A stretch of 64,000 nucleotides of DNA from a bacterium (GTDB taxonomy: Bacteria > Patescibacteriota > Minisyncoccia > UBA6257 > WO2-44-18). The stretch spans positions 31,037 to 95,036 of the forward strand of contig JAHFLQ010000001.1 in the NCBI GenBank assembly GCA_023244815.1, given 5' to 3'. Below, piece by piece: positions 47,159 to 57,124 of the stretch (the first letter of the stretch is position 1; each line of letters opens with the position of its first letter). The position numbers and the translations under genes are program-made. The notes below the pieces were generated by a model. It ran no database searches and was not told the DNA's origin. It worked only from the letters and a program-made list of their open reading frames with translations.

Positions 47159-48588
47159 TAGCGTTGAATTAGGATATCGCCAACTTTGATCTCGGTTTCC
47201 GTATCAAAAATCATCCCGCATTCACTGCCGACCGGCACGGACTTTATGTCTTTTTTGGATTGCTGAAGATTAACGATTTTTCCTTTGCCAACTACCGATG
47301 CTTTCCGTTCAATGTCCAGAGCGGCGTTGTTGGAAATAATTCCTTCCGTCACTTTGCCGCCGATAATCTGCTTGCCGGCTTTCTTGCCGAAAGTAGCGAG
47401 AATTTCCAGCTTGCCTCTGGCCATCGTTTTGCCGATGGAGAGCAGTGTCTCTTCCGCCACCTTTACAAGATCGTAGATAATTTCCGACTGCACAATTTTC
47501 ACATTTTGCGCGCGAGCTAATGTTTCCGCCGCTTTAGTGGCCGAGACGCGGAAGCCAATAATCAGCGATTTAGTGGAAAGCGCCAGTTTGACATCGCCGT
47601 CGGTGATGTCGCCGACCGACTCTTCAATGATTTCCAATGTCTGTCCCTGTTTTGTTGGTATCGCTTTGATTACTTGTGTAAGCGCCTCCAACGATCCGCT
47701 GACATCCGCTTTTAAAATTAAATTAACATTGCTTTCCTTAGCTTCTTTGCTCATCACTGCCCGCATCGCTTTTTTAGGAATAGGCTTTATTTCTTCTGCC
47801 CCGCCAATGTGGAATGGGTCACCGGCTTTTGGCAGAGTTTCAAATCCTATGACGACGGCGGGTGAGGATGGGCTAAGCGAATCAACTTTTTTGCCGAGGA
47901 AATTTTCCAATATCCTTACCTTGCCCTGAGCGGTGGCGGTCGCGATTGTGTCGCCGGTTTTGAGTGTGCCGTCGGTGATGATCAGGGTGGCAATAACGCC
48001 GCGGCGGCTGTCCATCGTAGATTCAAGCACGATGCCGCTCGCGTGATGGTTTGGATCAAAATCCAGACGCTCCACATCGGCAGCGAGTAGGATTAAATCC
48101 AAAAGATCGTTAATGCCCTCACCGGTTTTTGCCGACAGCGCTTGATAGCTGACACTGCCGCCATAGCCCTCCAGAAGCACGCCTGTCTGCATCAATTCAT
48201 TTTTGACTTTGGTAGTATCCGGAATGCGGTCAATCTTGTTGATGGCCACAATGAATGGCGTTTGTGATTCTTTGATAATTTTTAGAGCTTCTTTCGTCTG
48301 CGGCTGAACGCCATCGTCGGCGGCGACTACCAAAATGGCGATGTCGGCGATGTGGGCTCCCCGGGCTTTGATTTTAGAAAAGGCCTCATGGCCTGGTGTG
48401 TCAATAAAAGTAATATGTTGCGTTTGTCCTGAGCCAGTCGAAGAATGTTCTATTTCATAAGCGCCAACAGACTGGGTAATACCGCCGGCTTCTTTAGCGG
48501 CGACATTGGTTTTACGGATATAGTCGAGCAGGGTGGTTTTACCGTGATCGACGCTCCCCATTATTACTACGATCGGGGGTCTTTTCAT
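47158..48588 (-). CDS. infB: translation initiation factor IF-2 (N-terminally truncated form)
   Basis: [52 protein letters not shown]. Confidence 0.95.
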   Translation of the reverse strand: MKRPPIVVIMGSVDHGKTTLLDYIRKTNVAAKEAGGITQSVGAYEIEHSSTGSGQTQHITFIDTPGHEAFSKIKARGAHIADIAILVVAADDGVQPQTKEALKIIKESQTPFIVAINKIDRIPDTTKVKNELMQTGVLLEGYGGSVSYQALSAKTGEGINDLLDLILLAADVERLDFDPNHHASGIVLESTMDSRRGVIATLIITDGTLKTGDTIATATAQGKVRILENFLGKKVDSLSPSSPAVVIGFETLPKAGDPFHIGGAEEIKPIPKKAMRAVMSKEAKESNVNLILKADVSGSLEALTQVIKAIPTKQGQTLEIIEESVGDITDGDVKLALSTKSLIIGFRVSATKAAETLARAQNVKIVQSEIIYDLVKVAEETLLSIGKTMARGKLEILATFGKKAGKQIIGGKVTEGIISNNAALDIERKASVVGKGKIVNLQQSKKDIKSVPVGSECGMIFDTETEIKVGDILIQR

Positions 48589-48607
48589 GTGGTGTTATAA
48601 TAGTAGC

Positions 48608-49495
48608 ATGGCCAGTATTAAGCAACTTATCAAAGACTATCTTGATTATTTAGAGATCGAGAAAAACCGCTCGCCTAAGACACGTGAAAACTATGAACGC
48701 TACCTCCGTTCTTTTATAGACCACCAAAAGATAAAAGATAATAAAGATTTGACCTTGGATAAAATAAATAATTTTCGCATGGCCATTGCCCGTGAAAAGA
48801 ATTTAAAAAAAATAACCCAAGCCTACTACGTGATCGCTATCCGCAACTTTTTGAAATACTTGATCAAGAAAGATTATCATGCGGTGGCACCGGATAAGGT
48901 GGAATTGCCGAAGATTCCGCAGCGGCAGATTGAAATTATAGATGTTGCTGATCTGGAGCGGCTGTTAGCCGCTCCCTCGGGATCAGAATTGCGCGGTCTC
49001 CGAGACAAGGCAATTTTGGAACTACTTTTTTCTACCGGCCTTCGTTTGTCGGAGTTGTGCGGCTTGAATCGCTACTTAAATTTCGAACGGGGAGAATTAA
49101 CCGTGCGTGGGAAGGGCGAGAAATTGCGGTTGGTTTTCGTCTCCGATACCGCCAACAAAGCCCTAAAAGAATATTTAGATAAACGGCCTGACGCCCACGA
49201 ACATCTTTTTGTCAGCCTGACAAAGAATGGCAAAGTGATCGGCAAGATCACGCCTCGTTCGGTCCAGCGGTTAGTCAGCTACTACGCGAGGAAGGCCGGC
49301 ATCACCGAACGCATCACGCCGCATGGCCTCCGCCATCTTTTCGCCACCGACTTGCTCATGAACGGCGCGGACCTCCGCTCGGTGCAGGAATTACTCGGCC
49401 ACGCCAATGTTTCCACGACGCAGGTTTATACTCACCTTACCAACAAGCATCTCAAAGAAGTCCACGAGGCCTTTCACGGCAAGCAAAGAGATTAA
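48608..49495 (+). CDS. XerC/XerD-family tyrosine recombinase
   Basis: SAM-like N-terminus, TGLRLSEL, GKGEK.R, PHGLRHLFAT, VQELLGHANVSTTQVYTH. Confidence 0.92.
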   Translation: MASIKQLIKDYLDYLEIEKNRSPKTRENYERYLRSFIDHQKIKDNKDLTLDKINNFRMAIAREKNLKKITQAYYVIAIRNFLKYLIKKDYHAVAPDKVELPKIPQRQIEIIDVADLERLLAAPSGSELRGLRDKAILELLFSTGLRLSELCGLNRYLNFERGELTVRGKGEKLRLVFVSDTANKALKEYLDKRPDAHEHLFVSLTKNGKVIGKITPRSVQRLVSYYARKAGITERITPHGLRHLFATDLLMNGADLRSVQELLGHANVSTTQVYTHLTNKHLKEVHEAFHGKQRD

Positions 49496-51024
49496 ACAAT
49501 ATCGATTCTGCCGATTGAATGAAGGAGGCTCTGGCCGGTCATTGTTTTTGGTTTGGGGATGCCCATAATTTCTAAAATAGTCGGAGCGACATCGGCGAGT
49601 AGGCCGTTGGCTTCGCCGGACACCACCGGCACCTGCTCAGCCTTATATTGGTTGCCGATGATCAGGAGCATCACCGGATTGGTGGAGTGTTCGGTATCGA
49701 TGCCGCCGGTTTGCTGATTAATCATTTCTTCGCAATTGCCGTGGTCGCCGGTGATTACCAGCACACCATCCTGTTCCAAAACTTTTTTCGCGATTTTAGC
49801 CAAACATTCGTCCATCACATCTATGGCTTTAGCCGTCGCTTCTAAATTTCCGGTGTGGCCAACCATATCGCCGTTGGCGAAATTTACGGCGAAGAAATCG
49901 TATTTGTTTTCATCTAATTTTTCCAGTACCGCATCGGTAATTTGTCGCGCGGACATCTCCGGTTTTTTGTCATAGCTGGAAATCTTAGGCGATGGAATGG
50001 TGGCGCGATCTTCACTGGGGAACGGCTCTTCGCGGCCGCCGTTTAAAAAGTAGGTAACGTGCGCGTATTTCTCACTTTCGGCAATGTGGAACTGCTTTTT
50101 GCCGGCGTCGGAAATCACTTTAGCAATGGGTTCGGTGATATATTGGGGCGGGAAAGCCACCTTGGCTTTTTGTCCTTCGGCATACTGCGTCATGGTTATC
50201 GTGAGCAGGCCGTCGATTTTGTCCAAAAGCTCGGTAAGCTGGCGGGCTCGATCCGGACGAATGTTCAAAAATATGGCGCAATCGGTTTTTTTCAACGCCG
50301 CCACCGGAGCGCCTTTAGTATCTGTAATGACTGTGGGCTCAATCATCTCGTCCTCAATTTCTTTCGCATAAGAATTTTTTAACACTTCTTCCGCGCTGGC
50401 CGCCATCGGTCCCTTGCCGTCCACCAACACGTCCAGAAACTTTTGGACGCGATCCCAGTTTTTGCTTCGGTCCATCGGCCAGTAGCGCCCGCTGACGCTC
50501 GCGATTTTACCGATGCGGTATTCTTTTATCGCGTCTTCGATTTGTTTGATAAACTGGGGCGCGGAACGATGAGGGGCATCTTCGCCATCGGTGAAGACGT
50601 GAATGAAAACACCGCCCTTATATTTTTTTAGCGAAAGCATCTTAAGCAGGCCGATCAGATGAGTGATGTGGGCGTGGATGCCGGAATTGGTAATCAGGCC
50701 CATCAGATGGACGTTCGGGCGCTGGATTGTCTCGTCCCACACGGGGATTTTAAAAAAGCTTCCATCTTGGATCGAAATACTGACGCGCGGATAATTTTGG
50801 TAAATCACTAGGCCGGCGCCGATATTAGTGTGGCCGACTTCGGAACTGCCAACCTCGCCCCAGGGCACTCCTACGTCGATGCCGGATGCTTTCAATTTCG
50901 TGCCGAGATAATTTTCGCTGAAAAATTTCAGATTGGGTTTTTTAGCAAGCGCGACGGCGTTGCCCTTCGGGTCATCCGAAAGTCCGGTTCCGTCCAGAAT
51001 TGCCAGCACAACAGGCTTCGGCAT
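49492..51024 (-). CDS. gpmI: 2,3-bisphosphoglycerate-independent phosphoglycerate mutase
   Basis: ILDG, GSSEVGH, GRYWPMDR, AESEKYAHVT, DMVGHTG, TGDHGNCE. Confidence 0.95.
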   Translation of the reverse strand: MPKPVVLAILDGTGLSDDPKGNAVALAKKPNLKFFSENYLGTKLKASGIDVGVPWGEVGSSEVGHTNIGAGLVIYQNYPRVSISIQDGSFFKIPVWDETIQRPNVHLMGLITNSGIHAHITHLIGLLKMLSLKKYKGGVFIHVFTDGEDAPHRSAPQFIKQIEDAIKEYRIGKIASVSGRYWPMDRSKNWDRVQKFLDVLVDGKGPMAASAEEVLKNSYAKEIEDEMIEPTVITDTKGAPVAALKKTDCAIFLNIRPDRARQLTELLDKIDGLLTITMTQYAEGQKAKVAFPPQYITEPIAKVISDAGKKQFHIAESEKYAHVTYFLNGGREEPFPSEDRATIPSPKISSYDKKPEMSARQITDAVLEKLDENKYDFFAVNFANGDMVGHTGNLEATAKAIDVMDECLAKIAKKVLEQDGVLVITGDHGNCEEMINQQTGGIDTEHSTNPVMLLIIGNQYKAEQVPVVSGEANGLLADVAPTILEIMGIPKPKTMTGQSLLHSIGRIDIV

Positions 51025-51074
51025 ATTGTTAATTATTATAAATCAGTAAAAGTTAATTAAAAAGAGAAACCCCT

Positions 51075-51482
51075 CTAGTGAGGGGTATTTTGATTGTTTT
51101 TGGCTTCAACGTGCTTTGGCTTCCAAGCTCCGTTAAGCGGCATAGCTGAAAAAAGTAGAAAAATGAAAATAACACCAAACCAATAAACCTTAAACGGTTT
51201 ATTCTCAATTTTATGTAGCATAGCAGATCCTAGCATTGCGAATGTGGTTATAAATAGGCCAAAGGCCAAACTCTTAACAAGGGCAACAAAATACTTTCGG
51301 CCTCCAAGTGTATTCTTGAACTCAACGAGAAATCCGGCCAGAATCACGCTGGAATACATAAACCCCATCAGTCCGATCAGCAAGGTGTGCGTGCCGAGAG
51401 GAAGCTGTTTTGTTCCGACTTCAAAAAAATGAGTTGCCGTCGCAATCACTAATCCAATAAGCGCCGCAAGGACAACGATCAT
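51075..51482 (-). CDS. hypothetical membrane protein (4 TM)
   Basis: GGAGG precedes ATG 51482; hydrophobic helices. Confidence 0.6.
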   Translation of the reverse strand: MIVVLAALIGLVIATATHFFEVGTKQLPLGTHTLLIGLMGFMYSSVILAGFLVEFKNTLGGRKYFVALVKSLAFGLFITTFAMLGSAMLHKIENKPFKVYWFGVIFIFLLFSAMPLNGAWKPKHVEAKNNQNTPH

Positions 51483-51571
51483 ATGTCTGCCTCCAAAAAA
51501 TATATCAACCAACTACAGCTATGGTAGCCAACACAGACTAGTTTATCAAGGTGTTGTTAGCCGTATTAATG

Positions 51572-51655
51572 TGCTCTCGGGAGGATTTGAACCTCCAATC
51601 CCTTGCGGGAACATGGTCCTAAGCCATGCGCGTCTGCCAGTTCCGCCACGAGAGC
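51572..51655 (-). tRNA. tRNA-Leu(TAG)
   Basis: GCTCTCGTGGCGGAACTGGCAGACGCGCATGGCTTAGGACCATGTTCCCGCAAGGGATTGGAGGTTCAAATCCTCCCGAGAGCA. Confidence 0.95.
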
Positions 51656-51791
51656 AAGCTTGCCCGGGTGCCAACGCGAAGCTTTGGCACCGGGGTTATC
51701 CAAAGGTTATTAACAAGTAATCAACAAAACGAGCTTACCAGTCAATACTCTGATGATAATATTATTGTTAGTGCTTTGAAAGGCGAGAAAG

Positions 51792-52307
51792 ATGACTGGC
51801 AATGTTGTTGAGATCAGAGAAGGTCAGTTTGCGCGCGAGCAAAAAATTGCGGAAATTGTAAAAAGCCTTTGTCCCGGCCTATACCTGCATTCTCGTGCCG
51901 GCAGGGGAGTGATACGCGCCAGCGTGCCGCGGCTGCGCTTTGACAAGAGATCGGCGCTCAGATGGTTTTGGAGGATTTTCGGCAGCGCGGGTCACTTGGA
52001 CAACAATGTTGTTATGACGATCACTGCCAAAGGACGGCAGAGCCTTAATCTTGCCGGCGATTGGCCAGAAGTAGAAATCCATCTTTACGATTTGGATTTT
52101 TTGAAAAAGGCGCAGCGGCTAGCTTTAGAGTATAAGTGGCAGTTTTCGCGCTCAGCTGTTTTGATCGTTGACTTGATTGCAAAACAATCTCGCTGGCGGC
52201 CGTTCTTCCGTTTTGCCGCGTTCACGCTCGCACTTGCAACCGTTGTCGTTGGACTGCGACTCCTTTCGCTCCATTTTATAAAAAGTTTTTTAAGCCTGCT
52301 TTTTTAA
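51792..52307 (+). CDS. hypothetical protein with C-terminal TM
   Basis: 171-aa ORF; hairpin GCCTGCTTTTTTAAGCAGGC overlaps the stop. Confidence 0.55.
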   Translation: MTGNVVEIREGQFAREQKIAEIVKSLCPGLYLHSRAGRGVIRASVPRLRFDKRSALRWFWRIFGSAGHLDNNVVMTITAKGRQSLNLAGDWPEVEIHLYDLDFLKKAQRLALEYKWQFSRSAVLIVDLIAKQSRWRPFFRFAAFTLALATVVVGLRLLSLHFIKSFLSLLF

Positions 52308-52322
52308 GCAGGCCCTTTTGTT

Positions 52323-52410
52323 GTCTTATAGGCTAATTCGCACGAATTAGCCTATAAGACCAGGTTGTTTAAAAAAGATGTTTGACTTTTTAAACAACTC
52401 GTGATAAGGT
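52323..52410 (+). promoter_or_regulatory. perfect palindrome plus an inverted repeat overlapping the promoter of SPFH module 1
   Basis: GTCTTATAGGCTAATTCG-CA-CGAATTAGCCTATAAGAC; GTTGTTTAAAAA...TTTTTAAACAAC over TTGACT-N17-TAAGGT. Confidence 0.6.
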
Positions 52411-52457
52411 CTAGCTAGTTTTTCGGATTGAAAATTTAATTTTTCAAGGAGGATCTT

Positions 52458-53459
52458 GTGCGAAGATTCATTCGCCGGTTGTGTATCGGATTTCTGCAGT
52501 TGCTCGCCGCCGGGTTTTTACTCGGAGCGAGCGGCGCCGCGATCTACGAGAGCTATCGCCACGGTGGCACGCTGGCAATCATTGGAGCGGCAGTGATGGT
52601 ATTTTTTCTGGTTTTTGTTCCGTCGGGACGGAAGATTCCGACTTTGAAAATCGGAATGGTGACGTTTCTTGGCATGAGAACGGGCCGGGTGCTCGAAGAA
52701 GGGTTCCACCTGATCATTCCCTGGTTCGAGGATGTGGCGCTGTTCGATAATAAGGTACGTACAGTTCAGGTGTCGGGGAAGTTTTTCTGCAAAGATAACC
52801 TCTCTGTGGTGCTCGGCGGCCTGGTAACCTGGAACAACGACAAAGAGCTTCTCCCGACTAGCTTTGTAATGAATCAGGAGAAGATTGACATCGAGCTGGC
52901 GAGCGTGGTTTTGAACCAACTCGCGATCATCGCCGGAGCAACCAATGCCGCCGACATCAAGGGTGCGCAGGAGGCTTTCGGCCATCTCGTCAATTGTTCA
53001 CTGCGCATGGGAATACCGCCGCATATAGAGCAGGGGATTCTGCCGGCGCAGCGCCTGGAGTTTTACGGAAATCCGGATCTGCATAACCGACTGGAAAGTG
53101 AGCATCGATTGGACGAAGAACGGTCGGAAATCGAAAACCGTTGTGGCGTTAACGTAATTTCTTTCACGCCCGATCCGGTGCAATACATCGGCGATACTGG
53201 CGAGGCGATGGAAGAAGAGGGCCGCGCCGCCCTCCGTTCGCGGGCGAAGAAAGTGCTTGCGGCCACCAAGCGTGAGATCTCCCGCGATCTTAGGGGAGAC
53301 GGCCTCACTCCGGATGGAGCCAATGCCTCCGCGGAACTGACGATGGGTCAGCAGGTGGAAAGGAAAGTTTACGACATTGGCGGTCTCGACAAATTTCGGC
53401 CGCTTTTGCCGCCCGAATCGTGCGACTACAGGAGGATAGAATGCCTGAATCGGAATTAG
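52458..53459 (+). CDS. SPFH/band-7 domain membrane protein (module 1)
   Basis: N-terminal TMs; GMVTFLG.R....L.EGFHLIIPWFE; KDNLSV; G(V/I)NV..F; SD AAGGAGG. Confidence 0.75.
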   Translation: MRRFIRRLCIGFLQLLAAGFLLGASGAAIYESYRHGGTLAIIGAAVMVFFLVFVPSGRKIPTLKIGMVTFLGMRTGRVLEEGFHLIIPWFEDVALFDNKVRTVQVSGKFFCKDNLSVVLGGLVTWNNDKELLPTSFVMNQEKIDIELASVVLNQLAIIAGATNAADIKGAQEAFGHLVNCSLRMGIPPHIEQGILPAQRLEFYGNPDLHNRLESEHRLDEERSEIENRCGVNVISFTPDPVQYIGDTGEAMEEEGRAALRSRAKKVLAATKREISRDLRGDGLTPDGANASAELTMGQQVERKVYDIGGLDKFRPLLPPESCDYRRIECLNRN

Positions 53460-53989
53460 CAAAGGCAAACCCGTTGGTTTCCAAGAAAAACATTCTGATT
53501 GGGTTAGCAATCGGTTCGCTGTTGATGACCGTCGGGTTTCTCTCGAAGTCCGGTGTGTTTTCCAAAGCGAAGACAGCGATTGTCGGTTGGTGGACTGCCA
53601 TGGGCAGAGAGACGTACCGAGCGGCAGATTTCGTCCCAGCGTCTACCACACCGGCGGTTAACGATAGTTTCGCGCGCCTCCGGCAATTTCCTTTGGATGA
53701 GCGTCCGCCGGCAGTCTTCAGGGGTCTCCAGAAAACTGTTACGGTAGAGCTCAAGGCCGACGAGTGGTCGCGGGAAATAACGGTTCCGGATCGCAAACTT
53801 TGGTGGCGGCTGGAAGTGGATCCGACTGACGGATACTATATGCTGTTCGCCGATAGCCAGATAGTGGAGCGTTTGCCAACGGATACCAGCGAGCGAGACT
53901 TGAGCAGTTACCGGTTGCCCTTCCGCCTTTTAGGGAAGAAGCCGAACCAGACGGCCAAAGTGGAGATTTTTACCAAGCCCCCTAAATAG
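53441..53989 (+). CDS. single-TM protein with C-terminal beta-rich domain (module 1 partner)
   Basis: SD GGAGG before ATG 53441; C-terminus homologous to 55314..55847. Confidence 0.7.
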   Translation: MPESELAKANPLVSKKNILIGLAIGSLLMTVGFLSKSGVFSKAKTAIVGWWTAMGRETYRAADFVPASTTPAVNDSFARLRQFPLDERPPAVFRGLQKTVTVELKADEWSREITVPDRKLWWRLEVDPTDGYYMLFADSQIVERLPTDTSERDLSSYRLPFRLLGKKPNQTAKVEIFTKPPK

Positions 53990-54002
53990 GGGGCTTTTCT
54001 TT
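53975..54002 (+). terminator. intrinsic terminator
   Basis: AAGCCCCCTA-AA-TAGGGGGCTTTTC. Confidence 0.75.
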
Positions 54003-54092
54003 AGCTTGACAAAATAAGAGAGAACGTGCTACCATTGTGGCAGTAGTTTGTCTGTACTTTTAGAATTGAAAAACAGAAAGAAGGAGGTTCGA

Positions 54093-55295
54093 ATGTTCAA
54101 GAAAGCGTTGTGGTCTCTGGTCATCGGCGCGGCAATTTTTGCTGGCGCCGTGTTCATCCCGTGGGGGACCATCGGTGACGTGATTGCAGGCTCTCTGCCC
54201 TGGGGGGCGGTCTTCGGTTGGACGTGGAAGACGTTCGCCGGATTGGTGGGTGCGCTGGCGTTGGTCATGGTCGCTACCAAAGTGATCCGGGAGCGGATAA
54301 ACGTTTCTCGTTTGCCGGTGCTTCTCTGGATCACCGGCATCGTCGGAGCGTTGCTCTACTACTGGCCGACGCTGGGACGGCTCCAGCTTCCGGCGCTTTG
54401 CGGCGCGGCCGTTTTGATCGCTTTGTGTTTCGGGATCGTTCAGCCCTTCAACGGCGGTATCGTAACTTTTCTCGGTCGCCCGGTGCGATCTGTTGGCGCC
54501 GGCGCGGTCTTGCTGTTCCGGCCGTTCGGGATTCCCTTTGAGGCAATCTCGGATCTGGTGGATCTCAAGAACACGGCTCTCAACGACGTAAAGTTGAGGG
54601 CCGAGACAGGCGGCGAAGCGGAGTCCGGCGTGGATAAGGGCTACGTGGACCTTGAAGTTGCTTTTCAATACGCGCCGGACCCGTCTAATCTGATCGCTTA
54701 CGTCAGTTTCCAGCAGGATAAGCTGGTGCAGACGCTCAAGGATCAGTTAGAGGCTCTGCTTAGCGCGGCAGTCGAGCGTCGTCCCAACGTGGACGCAGTC
54801 TACGAAGAGCTCGACGACATTTCCAGAGAAACCCTTCTGGCCTACGAGAAAGTCGCCAGCCGCTACGGAATCATTCCGAAAGTGGTGCTGATGGACGATC
54901 CGCAGTTGCCGGAAGAGACCATCAGGGCGAAAGTCGCGCGTGACAACCTGAAGGCCGATGCCCTCGCGAAAATCGAGGTGCAAAAGTCCGAAAACGCGCG
55001 GCGGCAGGCGGAGATGACGAAAGTGAGGCAGATGGCGGCGGGGTTAGTTAAAGAAGCCGCAGAGCGGGGCCATCAGATCACCTTCGAGCAGGCGCTCGAG
55101 CGGGTGCAGATCCAGCTTGGCGTCGTCAAGAAAACCATCAACGCGGTGGACATCGGTCCCGCGGCGGACAGCGCTCTTAAGCAAATTGTCCCGATGGTCG
55201 TCAACCGGTTCGGTTCCGAGCCGGTTACTGTGGAGAAGGGCTCGGCCTACACCAAGCCTCGTCCAGGTTTGGATGCGGGCAAGAACAAGAAGTAG
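54093..55295 (+). CDS. SPFH/band-7 domain membrane protein (module 2)
   Basis: Several TMs; GIVTFLGR..RSVGAG..LLF.P; YGII..V.MDD; coiled-coil tail. Promoter TTGACA-N18-TACCAT and SD AAGGAGG. Confidence 0.75.
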   Translation: MFKKALWSLVIGAAIFAGAVFIPWGTIGDVIAGSLPWGAVFGWTWKTFAGLVGALALVMVATKVIRERINVSRLPVLLWITGIVGALLYYWPTLGRLQLPALCGAAVLIALCFGIVQPFNGGIVTFLGRPVRSVGAGAVLLFRPFGIPFEAISDLVDLKNTALNDVKLRAETGGEAESGVDKGYVDLEVAFQYAPDPSNLIAYVSFQQDKLVQTLKDQLEALLSAAVERRPNVDAVYEELDDISRETLLAYEKVASRYGIIPKVVLMDDPQLPEETIRAKVARDNLKADALAKIEVQKSENARRQAEMTKVRQMAAGLVKEAAERGHQITFEQALERVQIQLGVVKKTINAVDIGPAADSALKQIVPMVVNRFGSEPVTVEKGSAYTKPRPGLDAGKNKK

Positions 55296-55313
55296 ATTCT
55301 GACAGAAAGGAGA

Positions 55314-55847
55314 ATGGTGATGCAGATCATCAATACGACGCATGACGGCAAGTTCAGGCAGTTTGGCGCGAAGTTCGCGTTGGCGATACTTCTCCTCATC
55401 GCGGTCGTTTCTCTCATCTGTTTCTACGGTGAGAAAATCAAGTCGGCGGTGAGCGGCTATGTGAATAGCCATGGCAGTCGCTCCAGCTCGGAGGTGGATG
55501 GAAGCACCCGTATCACAGCTGGTCCTCCGGATCGATTGTTTCCGGAGAGTAGCAAGCCAGTTGTAAGGTTCATCGGATCTAGTCGGGCGGTTGTTGATTT
55601 GTACACCAATGAGTGGTCGCAGCAAATTATAACACCAACGCATCCGACCAAGATCGTTGACTACCGCGTTGATGTTGAGCCACCCACAGGGTTCCTAATC
55701 AAGTTCCAGGATGGCTACATCGATGAGGTGCGTGTGGATCAAAGCAGAGTGAATGACTGGAGTATGCGCAGGGGGATTTTCCGAATACTCGGAACGTCTT
55801 CTGGGCAGAAAGCTACAGTCACCATCTCATACAGATTTGCTCGTTAG
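55314..55847 (+). CDS. single-TM protein with C-terminal beta-rich domain (module 2 partner)
   Basis: SD AAGGAG; EWSQQIITP...RVDVEPPTGF...F.DG...FRILG aligns with the 53441..53989 product. Confidence 0.7.
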   Translation: MVMQIINTTHDGKFRQFGAKFALAILLLIAVVSLICFYGEKIKSAVSGYVNSHGSRSSSEVDGSTRITAGPPDRLFPESSKPVVRFIGSSRAVVDLYTNEWSQQIITPTHPTKIVDYRVDVEPPTGFLIKFQDGYIDEVRVDQSRVNDWSMRRGIFRILGTSSGQKATVTISYRFAR

Positions 55848-55853
55848 TAACTC

Positions 55854-55890
55854 AAACTCCCCAAAGGGTAACCTTCTGGGGAGTTTTCTT
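55854..55890. terminator. bidirectional terminator
   Basis: AAACTCCCCA..AAGG...CCTT.TGGGGAGTTT between convergent genes. Confidence 0.7.
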
Positions 55891-55906
55891 TGATTAATCT
55901 CAAAAC

Positions 55907-56251
55907 CTATTTAACCAAAGCGGTTGCCAAGGAAACGAGTATCTGGGAAGCTAATCCCACTGCAACCGCCACCACGGCGTAGATAATCATATTTTTCGCT
56001 GTCTTAACTTTTTCTTCATCGCCAGCGGCTGTCAGATAGTTGTAGGCGGCGATGATCACAAAGATAACGGCGAGCGCGATCAAGCCGGTAAGCATCCAGT
56101 TGATCACGGTTTGGAGTATTCCCAGAATTCTTTGCACCGGGTCTCCCTGCACCGGCGCCGGCTGGACATAATTTGGCAGTTGCGCAGACGCAAACCACGG
56201 CAAAGCCATTGCCGTTACCGAACTGCCGATTGTTAAAGCTTTTCTGAACAT
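55907..56251 (-). CDS. TrbC/VirB2-like pilin (CPR type)
   Basis: Signal peptide; AAYNYLTAAGDEEKVKTAKNMIIYAVVA. Confidence 0.8.
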   Translation of the reverse strand: MFRKALTIGSSVTAMALPWFASAQLPNYVQPAPVQGDPVQRILGILQTVINWMLTGLIALAVIFVIIAAYNYLTAAGDEEKVKTAKNMIIYAVVAVAVGLASQILVSLATALVK

Positions 56252-56307
56252 TTTTTATTTATTGGAATTAATCGACCTTGGTACATCTATTATTGTAGCA
56301 CAGCAGA

Positions 56308-56682
56308 TTAAACCCCGACTAATCTCTGGATAAGAGCGATAATTACCCGGAAGAGCAACATGATCGCGAGTCCGATGACGGTGTAGAAAATAGTTTTTTT
56401 ACCTCTTGCTACCTTCTCTTCATTTCCGGCGGAGGTGAGAATTTGAAAAGCCCCGAAGATTACCATAATGGTGGCTATTGCCACCGAAATGGTCAAAAGA
56501 AACCCGACTATATTATCAAGAAGTTCGGTTATGTTTGAAACACAGAGTGGATTTGGGAGACTTAACGGATCCGTACCTTGTTTGCCGCATCCTCCTGAGG
56601 GAGGGTTAGAGCCAATACCCGTTTGAGCTAGGGCTATGTTAGTAATAGCAAACGAGAAAATAGTCAACAATATTTTTTTCAT
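56308..56682 (-). CDS. TrbC/VirB2-like pilin (CPR type)
   Basis: GAFQILTSAGNEEKVARGKKTIFYTVIG; LPNPL; Cys pair. Confidence 0.8.
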   Translation of the reverse strand: MKKILLTIFSFAITNIALAQTGIGSNPPSGGCGKQGTDPLSLPNPLCVSNITELLDNIVGFLLTISVAIATIMVIFGAFQILTSAGNEEKVARGKKTIFYTVIGLAIMLLFRVIIALIQRLVGV

Positions 56683-56684
56683 GT

Positions 56685-57086
<402 letters not shown>

Positions 57087-57124
57087 GGTTTTATTCTAGA
57101 TTCTATTTTCTAGCTTCTAAATTT

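Noticed and set aside
47158-48588. Truncated IF2, ValRS and L19 as pseudogenes
   Set aside because: Core motifs are intact with no frameshifts, and shortened forms are usual in reduced CPR genomes.
48608-49495. Tyrosine recombinase as a prophage or integron integrase
   Set aside because: It has typical XerC/D length and motifs, lacks the IntI-specific insertion, and is flanked by infB and gpmI with no phage genes. No dif site was recognised in the window.
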